NCBI RefSeq assembly: GCF_964204645.1
Contig: NC_134029.1
Location: forward strand, 10,318,850 to 10,382,849
Length of the DNA: 64,000 nt
Reading direction: 5' to 3'
Origin: Tubulanus polymorphus
Lineage: Eukaryota > Animalia > Nemertea
Below, in pieces: positions 11,959-25,621 of this stretch. The number at the start of each line of letters is the position of its first letter. Position 1 is the first letter of the stretch. The position numbers were made by a program, and so were the translations under genes. The notes beneath the pieces are model-generated. The model saw only the letters and a program-made list of their open reading frames with translations, was not told the origin of the DNA and made no database searches.

Positions 11959-13270
11959 CAGTCAGCCCCGATATACCGCCTACATCGGTGCAGAACGAAT
12001 TCGGCGGTATACAGAGTATGGCAGTATATCGGGGTGTTTTGCGTTGTATCTATTGAGGTGCACATTGAGAAAACATGGCGAGAGGTGGGTTTGATGTATA
12101 TTGGAGGTGGGGGTTGACTATGGTGGCTGATAAGGGCCATGAAAATATTTCATGATGTAAAGATTATTTCGTCATGAAAAATAAATTACTATCGAAAAAT
12201 ATTCGTGAGTGAAAATAGTTTCGTCATGAAAAATAATTTTCCTTCGAAACATATTTCTTGAGTGTAAAATGATTTTGTCATGAAAATAATTTTCTATCGA
12301 AAAATATTTCGCGAGTGAAAATAATTTCGGTGTGAAAAAATAAATCGCCTTCGAAATATATTTTGTCAGTGAAAATATTTCCATCAGAAATATTTTCCTA
12401 TGTCTAAAAATATCTGCTGTAAAAATATTCGGGTTTTCACGTTTTCGCGCGCTCTATATCGATTGCGCTACAACTAGGGCGCAGCGGTGTTTGTACCGTT
12501 AAGTATGTAGTGTGTATGTAGTGTGTTGAACGGGACATCAAGTATAAAAATATGTCTTAGTTTTCGATCCTACGGCTACAGCAACTTGTATTTTGGCCCT
12601 TTTATTTGATCGGCGATCCACTACATTGACCGAAATATTTCTTTATTTCTTGATGGACACTAGGATGTTGATGGAGGTGTGAGGAGGAATTAAAATCAAG
12701 AGCCCTAATTTTGCTTTTGTCTGTACAAAATTTTTGATATTTTTGGCCCTAATTTGTGTTCACATGGACCCGATGACAGCACCACTATCCCACCATTCCT
12801 AACGTTAGGTCACAAGGACTCGACGACATTTTAGGATCAAAACCAAAGCTCTACCCATGTACCCTGATTCATGTGTAAATGAGAGCCGTGTGGTATCCCC
12901 TATGATATGCACGCAGTGTGTACCACGAGGTACGGCTAGAAGCATCGATGAAATACGATCAGGTATATACGGTTCAATCGACAAGCGCGCGCACGCGGGC
13001 GCCATCGGAAAACCCCACAATTATTTTGACACTGCCAGAATATATTAGTCGGAATATATTTTGAAGGAAGGCGATTAATTTTTCATTGCGGAATTATTTT
13101 TACTCAGCATGTTTTGAAGGGAAGAAAATTATTTTTGCTTACGAATATATTTTGATGGAAATTTATTTTTACTCACGAAATATTTTTCGATGGAAATTTA
13201 TTTTCATGTCGAAATAATTTTTTTGTCAGGAAATATTTTCATGGCCATTATCAGCCACCATAGTTGACTG
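11959..13270. mobile_element. Tc1/mariner-type MITE (about 160 bp) interrupted in its right TIR by the 12119-13262 element
   Basis: TA|CAGTCAGCCCC ... GGGGTTGAC[insertion]GTTGACTG|TA; the body matches the copy at 57400-57573. Confidence 0.75.
12119..13262. mobile_element. Non-autonomous TIR element, IS3EU-like, subfamily A
   Basis: TIR TATGGTGGCTGATAAGGGCCATGAAAATATTT / AAATATTTTCATGGCCATTATCAGCCACCATA; 6-bp TSD GTTGAC (12113-12118, 13263-13268); inverted arrays of GAAAATA-rich subrepeats. Confidence 0.85.
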
Positions 13271-13336
13271 TATTTCAAAAGATTATTCATGGAATTTGAA
13301 TAAAGCAATGGAAGAAGTTTCTAATCATGATCATGA

Positions 13337-13591
13337 TCACCTTTTGGACCTATTGCCTAGTTTTGCGTTCGATTGTTTCTGTAGCGATTTCCGTTGTGCT
13401 TTTTTCGATTTGCGTTGCTGATCCATGAATATTTTCCCTTCAGCGACCTCTTTCATTAGTTGCTTGAAGTTATTTTCTTGATCACGATCATGCTCGCCTG
13501 ATTTCGTAAGCTGCATGGTCGATGACTCAAAGCCCATGTTGTCGTAATTCGGCTCCGTCTTCCGACGACCGAAAATCGGTGACGATAACAT
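13337..13591 (-). CDS. Possible terminal exon, charged cytoplasmic-tail-like peptide
   Basis: Acceptor ttttcag at 13592-13594; open frame with YDNMGFE and a K/Q-rich end; no partner exon identified. Confidence 0.3.
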   Translation of the reverse strand: MLSSPIFGRRKTEPNYDNMGFESSTMQLTKSGEHDRDQENNFKQLMKEVAEGKIFMDQQRKSKKAQRKSLQKQSNAKLGNRSKR

Positions 13592-16500
13592 CTGAAAATC
13601 ATTTTCATATTTTACAGTGAAAACTAGTTCCACCCAAATTATGATTCTGGATGATTAGAGTACTTATTTTCCTATGGTTAACAGGAAATAGGAAAATCGT
13701 TTTCGTTACTGCCATACGGCTCATTGATGTTATCGATGTTCACCTTCTTAACATCCTCGCATGCCAGGGAGGCTGCTTTTTAAAGAAGGTGAATGCAATA
13801 GCTATGGGACTCAGGTCTGTCTAATTAACATACCTCTAACCGCCTTTGGTTTTTTGTTCTGATTTAGATGCGTTTTAGATGCAACTTGAATAATAATGGT
13901 GGCGGTATTGAAAGAAGCTGATTCATTTCAGGACGTTATCGACATTATAAACAACTTGGCGAATGGAAAGTCGGTGGAGAATGGAACATAATGGGGCTAT
14001 CATAAAATAAGTAGAAATCCGGATAAGCTCGAAGTTCTACTGTTATGATTTTTGCTTTTTAACGAACCTATGGATCGCTTTTGCTATCACTAGCTGATGA
14101 CGTCATGCTTCCAATCCATTTGCCTATCGCGAAAAATTTCAGTAAAATGGGTGCACACTTTTTATCTAGATGGTCTTGAAATCTGATTTCTTCATCTGAG
14201 GTGTCATAGTATCTATTTTACGACCTGAAGATTGCATATAATTCCGAACTCGTGTTTTTGTGAAATAGTCGAAAATATACCAAAATCGAAGCAAATAAAG
14301 AAGTTTCCAGTTTCTGGGCGCCATTTTGTGGCGGTCCCTCGAGGTCCCCATTGTTGCGATGATTTGCGCTCATTTTTAAAACATAAGTTTAGATTGAATA
14401 TCATATAGTTCTGCAGCCCCTTGCTCGATGTACTTAAGTTATACAGCATTTTAAAGGAAATGAAATGCAGATATTTGCTGGCGATTCTTGGAATTTTTTG
14501 AACGCAACAATTAAGAACAGTGACGATGTGAAACCAAGGGCCGCATATCTAGCTTAACCGTGCGTAAAAGAAACCGCAATATCTATTAATTTTGAAATAT
14601 CTAAGTATCTCTTGAAACTATATTTCCTATTTTCACAGAAGTTAAAGAGGGTTATTTGCAGTTTAAGCCTGCGTTAAAATCTTTTGAATATCTTTCCTGA
14701 CGACTGATCTGTACCCGCTTGAGTTTGGGATTACGCGCAAAAGGGGTCTCACTACGCATTGCAATTTCACTGAACGTTTTCAAAATTCAAGGTGTGGACG
14801 GAATGCATCGAATGGTAGATTTTGTTTTTAAATTCGAATCAATCGAGATTAAGGTTAGCTTTTATTTCATAATAATTCAGTCGGAATGTTGACATTTTGT
14901 TTCAACAGATCGATAGTTTCAAGTTTTTTTAAATTAAATTTGTGAATGACCCCGATGCGTCTCCGTACACTAGAGACATCGCGCACTACCGCGCAGTTCC
15001 TGGTTTTTCACAGGTTTATTTGCACAGTATTTCTGTTCATTGAAGGTAAGATATTCTAAGAATAATGATTGTCATTGGTCTTAAATGCCCAAAAAATGTC
15101 TACCACAGCAAGATGTTAGTATTTTTGAATATCAAAACCTCTTTTCTATCACGATACGATTGCAATTCAATTTAATGTCATTAAATTTTCACTTAATTGA
15201 TCTAAAACATTGTTTAACAGATATCGTCAGGGATATGAGATCTAAAAAGCCGGTACCCCGATAATGAATCAACACCTCGACTCATCGAAGCAGGAAATTA
15301 TCAATTTTTTCGAAAAACACGTTTCAACTAATATTGTGAGACAAAACTTCTGATATGATTAGGCCTAGCTCCTATCGTATCTTCTGATATGAGTATTATT
15401 ATCTAGAAATAATTGTGATTATTGAAACAGAGTTCCCGTTTGATTTTGATCGCTCCTTTGAACGCTTTAAATTCTTCCCCTTAGTCTTGCCACCTGCCCT
15501 TGCAATAAGACCAGCGTCTTATTCATTATTAGAACAAGTCTAAACTGCCTATTAGTTAATGCCTATTAATTAATTCGTTAATCAGGTGAGCTACAAGACC
15601 ATTGGTTTTTTATCAATCAATTATTTCATCGCTTCCTTCACATCACCATCATTCAGGCTATGCACTTGTAGGTAATATTGTTGGAGTAAAATTGCATATC
15701 CGGCGCACATCTCGTAAATAGTTCAATAAGTTTCATTAACCACTTCAAACATAGATATTTTAGAACATGTACAAGGTATGGAATGATCAAATGTCTAAAT
15801 CTGTTTTGGAATGAATAAAATATGTGAATGAAATTAAAATTTTGTTTACTTTCCTGATTTTTATAGTAAAATTTCAATTAGAAAATTAAAACTACAGTCC
15901 AAAATTGATTACCAGTACCTATTATTGCAATTATACCCTCTGTTGCAGAATTGAAATGTTATTGAAACTTTTGGAATGTGGTTTAAATGGAGGGGGTGGG
16001 GGTAATATTACTGCCCAATAAGCTTATGGTTTGGATCCATGGCCTAGGCCCGCCATCCGTCCTGGGATTGTATTATGTAGTTGTCAATTGTACATTTTGG
16101 AGCTCGTACCCACTGTAATCTTCGATATCAGCTTAAACCCGTATTGGATTCTATATTTCACGAAACGAAGAAATCAAAGGGCGGTTAGAGGTATGTTATT
16201 CAGACAAACCTCTGGGACTCAAGTCCCAAGTGGGCTAAAAACCGCCCGCTCTCGTCCTATTTTACTGTCTCTCTGCGACGAGAAAACTGTATTTTGTTTT
16301 TTGGCTTAGTGTATACATTCAACTTCTAATACGGTACATGAAACGATGAATTAAAAGTAAGAGTGAGTAGGTTGTCATCATAATGAATATTAATCTTCTG
16401 ATCCTTCGGTATAGGATACTATCCTTGTTCCGATGATATTAGTAATCACTTCCCTTAGAACGGATGTGGTAAATGTTTTGATCGCCCGACTAATAAGTCA

Positions 16501-18047
16501 GTGGTATGGCTGATCAGTAAAAGAATCATTTGACGTTGTACTGTGCACATCCGGCATCCGTGGAATACGGATCCAGTTACGTACAGGTCTCGGTTCGGAT
16601 TTGACTTAAACATTGGTCATTAATTGATCCTGACTCTAGACTCAAAGTTTACAGGCCTTGGAATTCAGGCCAAAACCTTTTTTGGCACAAAAAAAGGTCA
16701 CACGACAGCTAGCCTGTGTCCGATCGGCCTAGTTGTTATTGGGATGATGGGCACTAGAGGGATACCCACATATATATAAGGTCTAGATAATTGAAATTAA
16801 ATGATCCTAACTAGGCTCAATCTTTACTAACATCCGTGGAACTGGACGTATCGGCCCCACTCCGCGCGGTTGCGCCACCGCGCGAGATTTACGCGAAGCA
16901 GCAAATACAAACATGGCCACTCTCTCAATTTTCAATGATAGAAATCGTGTGTGCATTTCAATTATTTCGGCTGTTAGGGTTTTAAGGCACAATATAAGTT
17001 AATGATGTGATATGGCGATGTTAATTAATGATAATTCCGCAGTGAAGCTAGTCACGAACGGTGCCGATTCAGTGTACAGCTGCCAAAAACACTGAAATGC
17101 GCGCAGTTGCGTAACTATTTGCAGTGAATTGCAGACGAAACATGAAGCCTTAACGGCCGTTTAAAAAAAAATTATACCAATCGCAATTGTAAAATAAAAA
17201 TGAGATCGAACCTAAGTTAAAATTCTGGCCATTTCTAAAATGTTATTACTAATTTTTAGTCAGTGCCCAACGTTTAGTTTTCCAACAATAATGAGGGGTG
17301 GTAGGTAGTCATGCAATTCAAGTCATCATTTATTACACGTTACTTCCGTGTTGTTGAAAATCTCGCGAGTCCTGGACCAAACCCCGTTGAACAATGTGAT
17401 CTGTGTGCTGGCCAGAAATGCACACAGATCACACTACACTACCCATTACACACTCCAGTACCCACAGCTTTCATATATCCATCCAAATGTTTAGAGTGTC
17501 TTTCTTCCTGGATCCGCTATACACGCATGCAGTCACCGTGTATATACATGTATCATTTTGGCCACTAGTTTCCACAGTAAAGTCAATTCGTCATGGCAAA
17601 TCGACGATATTGGCTGTAAAGAGAGTGTCTCCTGAATAAGCTATACAGATACCCACATGGGGAAAAGCTTTTACAAATATATTCGTACAAGAAAGAGGAA
17701 TTCCAAATCTTGGAAAAAACCTACCCAATTAATGAATTACAACAACCAGTATGTCGCAATTTGTGGAGCTATCTATCTATCTAGAGCTTAACGGATGCAA
17801 TTGGTTCCTGGATTTAAAGGAAAAAACAAATCCGTTAACATTTGATATTGCTTACCTTTTATTGAGATTTTAGCGGAATAAGATAACAAGAACGTCCGAA
17901 GTATGGTTTGAATATATTTAGTGGGGTTCACTTTTAGAGCAACCAGGTAACTGGGTCATTCGATAAGATTCTATCCCATAACAAACATAACCGGTTAAAA
18001 CAAATAGACGCGGCATACGATAACCTAATGAAATGCGTTCCAATTAA

Positions 18048-18337
18048 AGCCGTGATCACATGGAGACGGTTTGGCCCGGGCCTAATTAGCACGGATCAGG
18101 CCGAGTCAAACTTTGCCCATGCCTAAGAGCGCTCAGTACGCAAACCACTCACTCGATATTCAACAATACTCAAACAAAGCGAAGTGACTCATTTCCCGAA
18201 CCAGTTGCAATTCAACCACAATCATTTAATGTCCTATGTTAAAATTTAGCTCAGGACTGCTCCGACGTTTTTGGTCGGGCCAAATTTGGCCCTGGAAAAA
18301 CAGGCACGGGCCCATTTGGCACCCATGTGAACAGGCC
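18048..18337. mobile_element. PIF/Harbinger-type MITE
   Basis: Imperfect TIR AGCCGTGATCACATGG / CCATGTGAACAGGCC after TAA; related to 61225-61368. Confidence 0.6.
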
Positions 18338-19792
18338 AAAAAACGCTTTTGTGATTGCGACTTATATTACGGCCTTAGTAGATCACCCGTGATAAATCAC
18401 GGAATCAAAAGTCGTATGATCATCAAAAACTTAGCACAGTAGTTTTACAGGAAACCGTATTGTATATATATCACTCATTATCATTGCAATATTCAGTCAT
18501 CTTTTATCACTTTTGTTTTAAGTTCTTATGGATTGTATTTGCTGACGACAGTGGCTGTCTCAAGTATGTGTCTGCGCCAGCAGACCCACGCACCCCTGTG
18601 AAAGATATGAGAAATTACAAAAACTTAGTGAATGCCCAATACACAAATCGCAGAATACATTTTCAATGGAAACCACGCCTAAACAATAAAAGATGTCGAG
18701 ATTCGCCACTGAGCAGAATTCAAGAGCGACCTATCAATTAACGATAGAGAAGTCTGTACGATAACTCAGTTTTATTATAAGAGAATCGATATCGACAAGT
18801 TAGAATAGGCCGTTTTCAAATGTCTAGTACAGTTTTTGTTTATTACTAAAGAACCCGTGCAATCATGGGATGTATCTGATCGGCAAGGTAATTTCCATGC
18901 GTTATCCAGATGTCAAAATAGAAATTGGTGCATACACCACGTACGTATATAATAATTGTCTTGACTTCGTAACGAGGCTACTCGTTGAGTTGAGTAACGT
19001 TATTCCCTTTAGAATGTTGTGTCTAAATCGTACTCCATATTCCGTATTTTCACTTATTCCATAAACAAATAAGTGGTCCCATTATCCAATTTCTATGTAA
19101 ACCTGCACGTGTGCAGTCCATATCAGTTGTCGAGAATAATATTAAATACCTGTACAAGAAACAAGTAAATTGTTACAAAATTCAGTGTATTTCTACAAAA
19201 CCTATTGTGTTTTACAAAAATTCCTTGTAGACATTCAATTCTACCACTTATTTTTGTCAAGTTTGCTGATTAACTATGTAAATGTACAAAACTACAAAAT
19301 GCCTTGTAATTTTACAAGGTTTTATCATTTATCAACAATATTCACACTGATGATTGTAAATCCACGATGCGATATTTTAGAAAGATAGTTTAATAAACTT
19401 ACAAATTAGTTACTCTTTATTCAAGAAAAAAAATGTTGGTAACAGCAGCAAATTTATACCGGCGATGTCAAGGAAAATTGGGATTCGAACCTGCGCACAT
19501 GTAGGCCTAGCCTTTGCGGTGTTCGAGCGGAGGAACATTTTTGTCTATTTTCTAGCCTATCAGGATTAGTTGGGCCTATCGGGCGTTAACAGGAATAATG
19601 CGCATCGGCAAAATATCCTGCCATGAATATAAATATGCATACTTGTAGCCTTTTAGGCCAGGCCTATAAAAGTGATTATAACAAGAGTAAATGATTCGTT
19701 TCGCTCGCGTGACTAGTTGCTAAGTTGGCTAGTGTCTCGATCATGCAGACTTTCTAAAACGGCACTTGGGATTCTTTAAGTTATGTCACCAG

Positions 19793-19897
19793 GAACCAGT
19801 TCCACAGTCATGAGTTAAGATTTGACTCAGAGTTAACTCATTGAAAATGAACTAATCATAACTCAGAGTTTAACTCATATGAATGTGGAAATGAATC
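19793..19897. mobile_element. About 105-bp MITE with CAG flanks
   Basis: GAACCAGTTCCACA .. TGTGGAAATGAATC; an inverted sister copy lies at 26260-26358. Confidence 0.55.
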
Positions 19898-20221
19898 CAG
19901 CTTTTTCACCTTACTGTTTGATCGTCAGCAGCTTTTGATGATTAAAAACATTTAAATTTGTTTAGGCAAGATACTTTATGGATGAATGTGAAGTTTGTCA
20001 AAACAAGTCAACATCAGTGAAGTCTTGTACATCATTATAGACGGCACTGTAATATACCAAATTTGCAGTGTCCTTGTGGAATTCGGGGTTGTTTAGGAAT
20101 TATTCATCATCCATAGCTTTATAGTATGTTGAAACTTCTATTTATCTTTCAGGGACCAAGCTGGGACTTTGACATTAGAGCTTTTAGTTGACAATAGGGC
20201 TTTTTTATGGTGGCTGATAAG

Positions 20222-21122
20222 TATGGTGGCTGATAAGGGCCATAGCGTAAAATTCCTGGTATGTAAATGAGGGCGCCAGAACGCCAGAACGCCAAAACGA
20301 AAAAAAAACGTCCAATTTTCTCTAAAAGTTCGTTTTGGCGCGCCAAAACGGAAAATATTCCGTTTTGGCGCCCCCGCCAAAACGAACTTTCATTTTGGCG
20401 CCCCCGCCAAAACGAACTTTCGTTTTGGCGCCCCCGCCAATACAACGAAAAACGTCCAATTTTCACTAAAAGTTCGTTTTGGCGCGCCAAAACAAAGAAA
20501 ATTCCGTTTTGGCGCCCCCGTCAAAACGAACTTTCATTTTGGCGCCCCCGCCAAAACGAACTTTCGTTTTGGCGCCCCCGCCAAAACAACGAAAAACGTC
20601 GAAATTTCTCTGAAAGTTCGTTTTGGCGCGCCAAAACGGAGAAAATTCCGAACTTTCGTTTTGGCGCCCCCGCCAATACGAACTTTAAACCACGTAAAAT
20701 AATTCTATATATACGTAAAATATTTTCATTTATGCAAATTTACGCAAATTACACACAAGATCAACGCACCAATTTGAAAAATAATTTTACTGTGGTTGAA
20801 TGCTTGTTTTGGCGGGGGCGCCAAAACGGAAATAACCGCGCCAAAACGAACTTTTCTTTGTTTTGGCGCGCCAAAACGAACTTTTAGAGAAATTTCGACG
20901 TTTTTCGTTGTTTTGGCGGGGGCGCCAAAACGAAAGTTCGTTTTGGCGGGGGCGCCAAAATGAAAGTTCGTTTTGGCGGGGGCGGAATTTTCTTTGTTTT
21001 GGCGCGCCAAAACGAACTTTTAGAGAAAATTGGACGTTTTTTTTCGTTTTGGCGTTCTGGCGTTCTGGCGCCCTCATTTACATACCAGGAATTTTACGCT
21101 ATGGCCCTTATCAGCCACCATA
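20222..21122. mobile_element. Foldback-like non-autonomous element, IS3EU-like ends, subfamily B
   Basis: Near-perfect TIR of more than 120 bp starting TATGGTGGCTGATAAGGGCCAT (the same 22 bp as the 12119 element); arms are built from 30-bp hairpin units in 144-bp higher-order repeats; a partial extra TIR sits at 20206-20221. Confidence 0.9.
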
Positions 21123-23673
21123 AATTTTACTTGTATTTTTACAATGAAATATTGGCAGCAAAGTTGACATTGTACTTGTAAAAATACAGCATATTTTGCA
21201 TATGGAGTTGCATCGATATTGTAATTTTACAAATCGTTTGTAGAACAAAATTGTATTTTTACAATGCCATTGAGATTCTACAAGCACATTGTCTACTTAG
21301 CTGCCATTATCTTATTGTAAAAATACAATATGTTTAACAGTGTTTTTCTATCCATGTCATATAGTCCAAAGCTCCTCCGTTTAATGATGGTGGCTTTTCG
21401 TATTGCTTTCAAGATTTAAAAAGGCAGTCTCTATACCGGCTATATATCATACGCGTTAAGCACTTTAAATCGTAGTTAATATGAATTTCATAATTTATTC
21501 GTAGAATTACGGATTATCTGTTGTCCACAAATTACTTAATACGTACTAAAAAGCTTGGTCCCAAGTGATACGGATTAACTGGGGTTGCCTGTATTATGAA
21601 TGGATGTGCACATACTACGATGGGGTAGTTGTACATGTATTACGCGAGTTGTGCGCTAAAAATGATTAAAAAAATCGGGACTGCGTGGCGTTCGAAAACC
21701 AAATGGCGTGATAAATAAACAGTGCTGCACCTATATTTGCTTATATTTGTTTATATTCATTTGATATATTCAATGTTTATATTCATCAGTGACGGATTAA
21801 CTGACGCTATTATACGTATAAACCGTACTAACGGACCGGCATAATAGTGACGATTAGGCCAAAAATGAGACATTGTTTCTCATTTCCTACCGGCTGCGAC
21901 CGGGTAAAGAGACCCGGTTAGAGACCGGGTAAAATAAAAACCGGCCGGCCGGGTGACTGAAAACTATTGCTTACACGAAATCAAATAAAAACCGTTCGGG
22001 TGGGTGTCGGAATGCCTTCTTCTCGTTCTTCTTTTCATTTAATTGGAGTTCGAACTTACCGGTACTAAGGGGCTACGAGTATGGTTACACAAGGATGTCG
22101 TTCGGATAAATTCGTTTGTGTTGTTGTGTGTGAAATAGGACACAGGCACCCAAGACTGTCCGCCTCGCTGGCTTGGTCATTCGTGTTAATTAATCAATAT
22201 ATTCACGGAATATGTTGAAGACTGTAAACGACATGTTGACAATGTTTTCAATTCAGTGGGAGTATATACCTAGTGATTTCTCGGTTCTGGTGTGAGTGAA
22301 TGCCCGCAAACCTATTTATGACACATTTTACTTGTAAAAGCTGGGTATTTTAGCTTTAAAAAACCAAGGAGGGCTTTATTAAAGATACAAATGCTGCCTG
22401 CCTGGTGAATACTTCAATATAATGTTTTTTAATGAATACAAATAAACACCCCTGGTCATTTTCTGGGATCTTAAAATGAGGAACAAGGTATCATTTTTTG
22501 GCCTAAAAGCAAAATGACGATATATGAATGAAGAATTAACCACAGAAACATTAAGGAAATACCGAAGCTTTTATCAGTCCTGGAAGAAAAATTACGATTA
22601 AGCCAGAATGACGACGAATTACACGCTGATAATTAAAGCACAACTATATTGTCATATTTCCCATATATACATGATTGTTTTGAAGAATAACTAACACATT
22701 CCGACAAGTAATTGTCTCACTCATTGAATGCGCCATCTATCAGACTTTACTTCAACATCATATAATAATCTTTGATACAGCTCCTTCTCTTGAAAGTTGC
22801 TTGATGAAAGTTCTGGCGAAAATACGTGTTCGTTACATCTCAACTTTGTTCAGCATCCAGGCACATAGGACTAATGATATACATGTATAATGGGCTATAC
22901 TGCCTGAAGGATTATTTCGATGGTGCTAGAAAGAAATAAAGAACTAGAGGACCCGAAAAGTCTTGCGCTCTTGGCGAATTATCCTCGCCAATTATACATC
23001 GATAAAACGATGATATATCATCTAAAGATCAGACCATTTGAGAAAATACTTTCCACACAATATATGATATCGAGAAATGAACGAAAAATTCAAAATTTGT
23101 ATACACAATTGATTTTATTCAAATCACTGCCATTATAGATTACAGGACATATTTGACAGCAACTAGAAAAACTAAGTCCATATCCTCAAACTAGTTTAAA
23201 ACTAATACATCAAAATAAAGTTCGATTCTTCATATTTTATGATAAATGTATTTAGAAGATGAAATGAATACCGGCACGCATTTTCAATCATTCTTTATCA
23301 ATAATACTTGTGAGGGATTTGAATATCGGCCGCAAAATTGGTTGACTCGTTAATGGGCTAAGTAGTATCCCTGACCGTAACATCAATGTCCAGACCAGAG
23401 GGGAACATTATGTTGTTTGCGACAATCCAAATAAATGGCTAAATAGCATAGCACAGGATCCCGTGCAAATGACGTTTGGGCGCAATAATACACTTCACGT
23501 ACTAATATAAGACAATCGAGTAGAGAGGACAGTAAGAATTGTAATTTCTCGAAAAAAATACATTTTCATATTAAAATGACAGGGTGTCTGGCTTCTGCAC
23601 CTGCATAAAATCTGTGAAATTTTTTGAGTTACCCTCGAAGTCTGTTACTCGAGTAACGTACGTAAAAAGTCAA

Positions 23674-23981
23674 GACGCATTTTTACGAGCACTGATTTTT
23701 GCGATTTGTTATTTCACGATCAACGTTTTTACATGTCACGCGATTTTTCGATCGACTTTAGCGATCGGCCAGACACAATCCGGGAGCGAGTCGACGTTCT
23801 GATTTCCAAGATGGCGGCACCTGCTAGTTGATAAAGATTCAATATTTCTACGTCGTCGTGTTTATGTCATGTGATTAACCTAACCCATCCCAGAATTTTT
23901 CGAACGTTCTATTCGATCGTAAAATCGAAGTCAATTGCCCACGAAAGCGATCGCAGACATCGATTGCTCGTAAAATGCGTC
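23674..23981. mobile_element. MITE, about 308 bp
   Basis: TIR GACGCATTTTTACGAGCA / TGCTCGTAAAATGCGTC. Confidence 0.7.
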
Positions 23982-25195
23982 AAAGCTGGCGATAGCAATG
24001 ATGGCCTTGCAAGCAAAACCTATGAATGAAAATAGATTTTTATGATTCTTTGTGACACTGTCTTTAACAACATTCTGCGACGATCGACTTTATATTTCCG
24101 GGTTCTGGTCGAACGTGAACCTAATGGATATCTTTTCAAACGATTATAGATATTTTTGTTTTCCAATACATTTATGATTATATTATTATATGTGAAACAA
24201 GGGAAGGTTTGAAACCATCTACAAATGTTCATCCGTCCGCTGTAGATGTTGGGTTAAAGGTAAATGCAAACGGAGAATTATTGAACGCAGTATCTAAACT
24301 ACCATAACTAGGCTTACTATTATTGAGTATGTACATTTTGAATCGCATAATGTTGGGTCTTTTTATGAGTTAAAGGTACTCCACAATATTCTTAACGATT
24401 ATATCACATATCAAAATGCATGACCGTGCATAATGATTATCTATCACGGCTTTCAATCATTTCATTTATCTCACCTTAAATCAACATGAACACAGCAAAT
24501 GTCTTACATAGAAAAAGTAAAGTTGTCAAAAGATATACGCAATTCCTGCAAATGACGGGACCATTCAATTAGTACGTACGTACGCTCGGGATGGGAGAAC
24601 TACGTCAAAAAACCCTTAAGTGACATATGCGGAGGGGTAGGGAGCAGAGAGCAGCCGATCTTTATTCTTTACAGCTGTATAAAATTGTTTCATTCGAGGC
24701 ATAAACAAAAGAAAAGGAAAATATGTGGATGCAATGCAGCAAAGGGTTTTTCCTGAAATAGTGCTCTTGCACTACGCAGTTGCATAAACTAGTTAATTCC
24801 AAACGGCATTTAAACGTTATTTATATGAGCCTATGATGTAGCAAGCTTCATGATTTCACTTCAATACCCTCGACTATCAATTGTGCAAGTTGTTGGTGAT
24901 CTTCTAATGTTAGGTGTTAAAGTGTGTCATCGGAATCCTTTCCTCCACTTAGTAATAAATCATTTTTTCACGTTTGGAGGTGACGTTAATAAACCCACTT
25001 AGTATATATCAGCAGCAATGCCTAGTCAACAGCTAGTCAACGCAACTGCAATCACTATTCCATCTTTTCTTTTAAGTTGAAACAGCCAGAAACAATGACG
25101 TCTTTTCAAAAATCGGGTTACTCATTTTTGACACCCATTGGCCTAATCAATGCATCGTAGAGAGCGCATACAATCATATCAACGTTGTGTTGTTA

Positions 25196-25621
25196 GGCCA
25201 CGCAAAGAAATACCCGTTTCTCATCAGCCCTTTTTGGAAAGGTAACGAGGACGGCAGGTTCTTATCTTTACCCCTCTCTTTTTTAAATAAAGATAGAAAT
25301 AAAAAGCTTTATTCGAAATTCCAAAAGTGGCGAGGTAGAATATTGTTCATTTTTTTAAATTGGGAAATTTAGGCGTTAATGACCTTGAATCGGGATGGAA
25401 AGCACTTTACCGAAATACTCACCTGCCACAGTAAAAATTGGGTAGCGACCGCGAAGATAAACACAAAAACGCGGGAGTGCTTTACTTCTTTAAAACAAAG
25501 AAACAAAAACAGATTTTCCGCATGTGGGATGCGCATTTTTATTTTTAAATTTTACTGACGAACTTTTTTGACACGCACGGATATTAAAACTTATGAGAAA
25601 TAAGCAATTTTTTGTGTGACC
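25196..25621. mobile_element. Harbinger-type MITE
   Basis: TTA|GGCCACGCAAA ... TTTGTGTGACC|TTA. Confidence 0.55.

Larger units (their letters stand above)
10090..18595 (-). pseudogene. Decayed exons of a repeated-domain gene (about 10.1-11.0, 11.1-11.25, 11.5-11.8, 17.3-17.64 and 18.34-18.6 kb)
   Basis: Acceptor-like sites followed by protein-like frames with stops and frameshifts; recurring motifs VVSxxP and (Y/F/L)DD; one exon is split by a LINE-like insertion. Confidence 0.35.

Noticed and set aside
20267-21060. CRISPR-like palindromic repeats and the overlapping repetitive ORFs
   Set aside because: There are no unique spacers and no cas genes, and the context is eukaryotic; the ORFs are translations of the TIR subrepeats.
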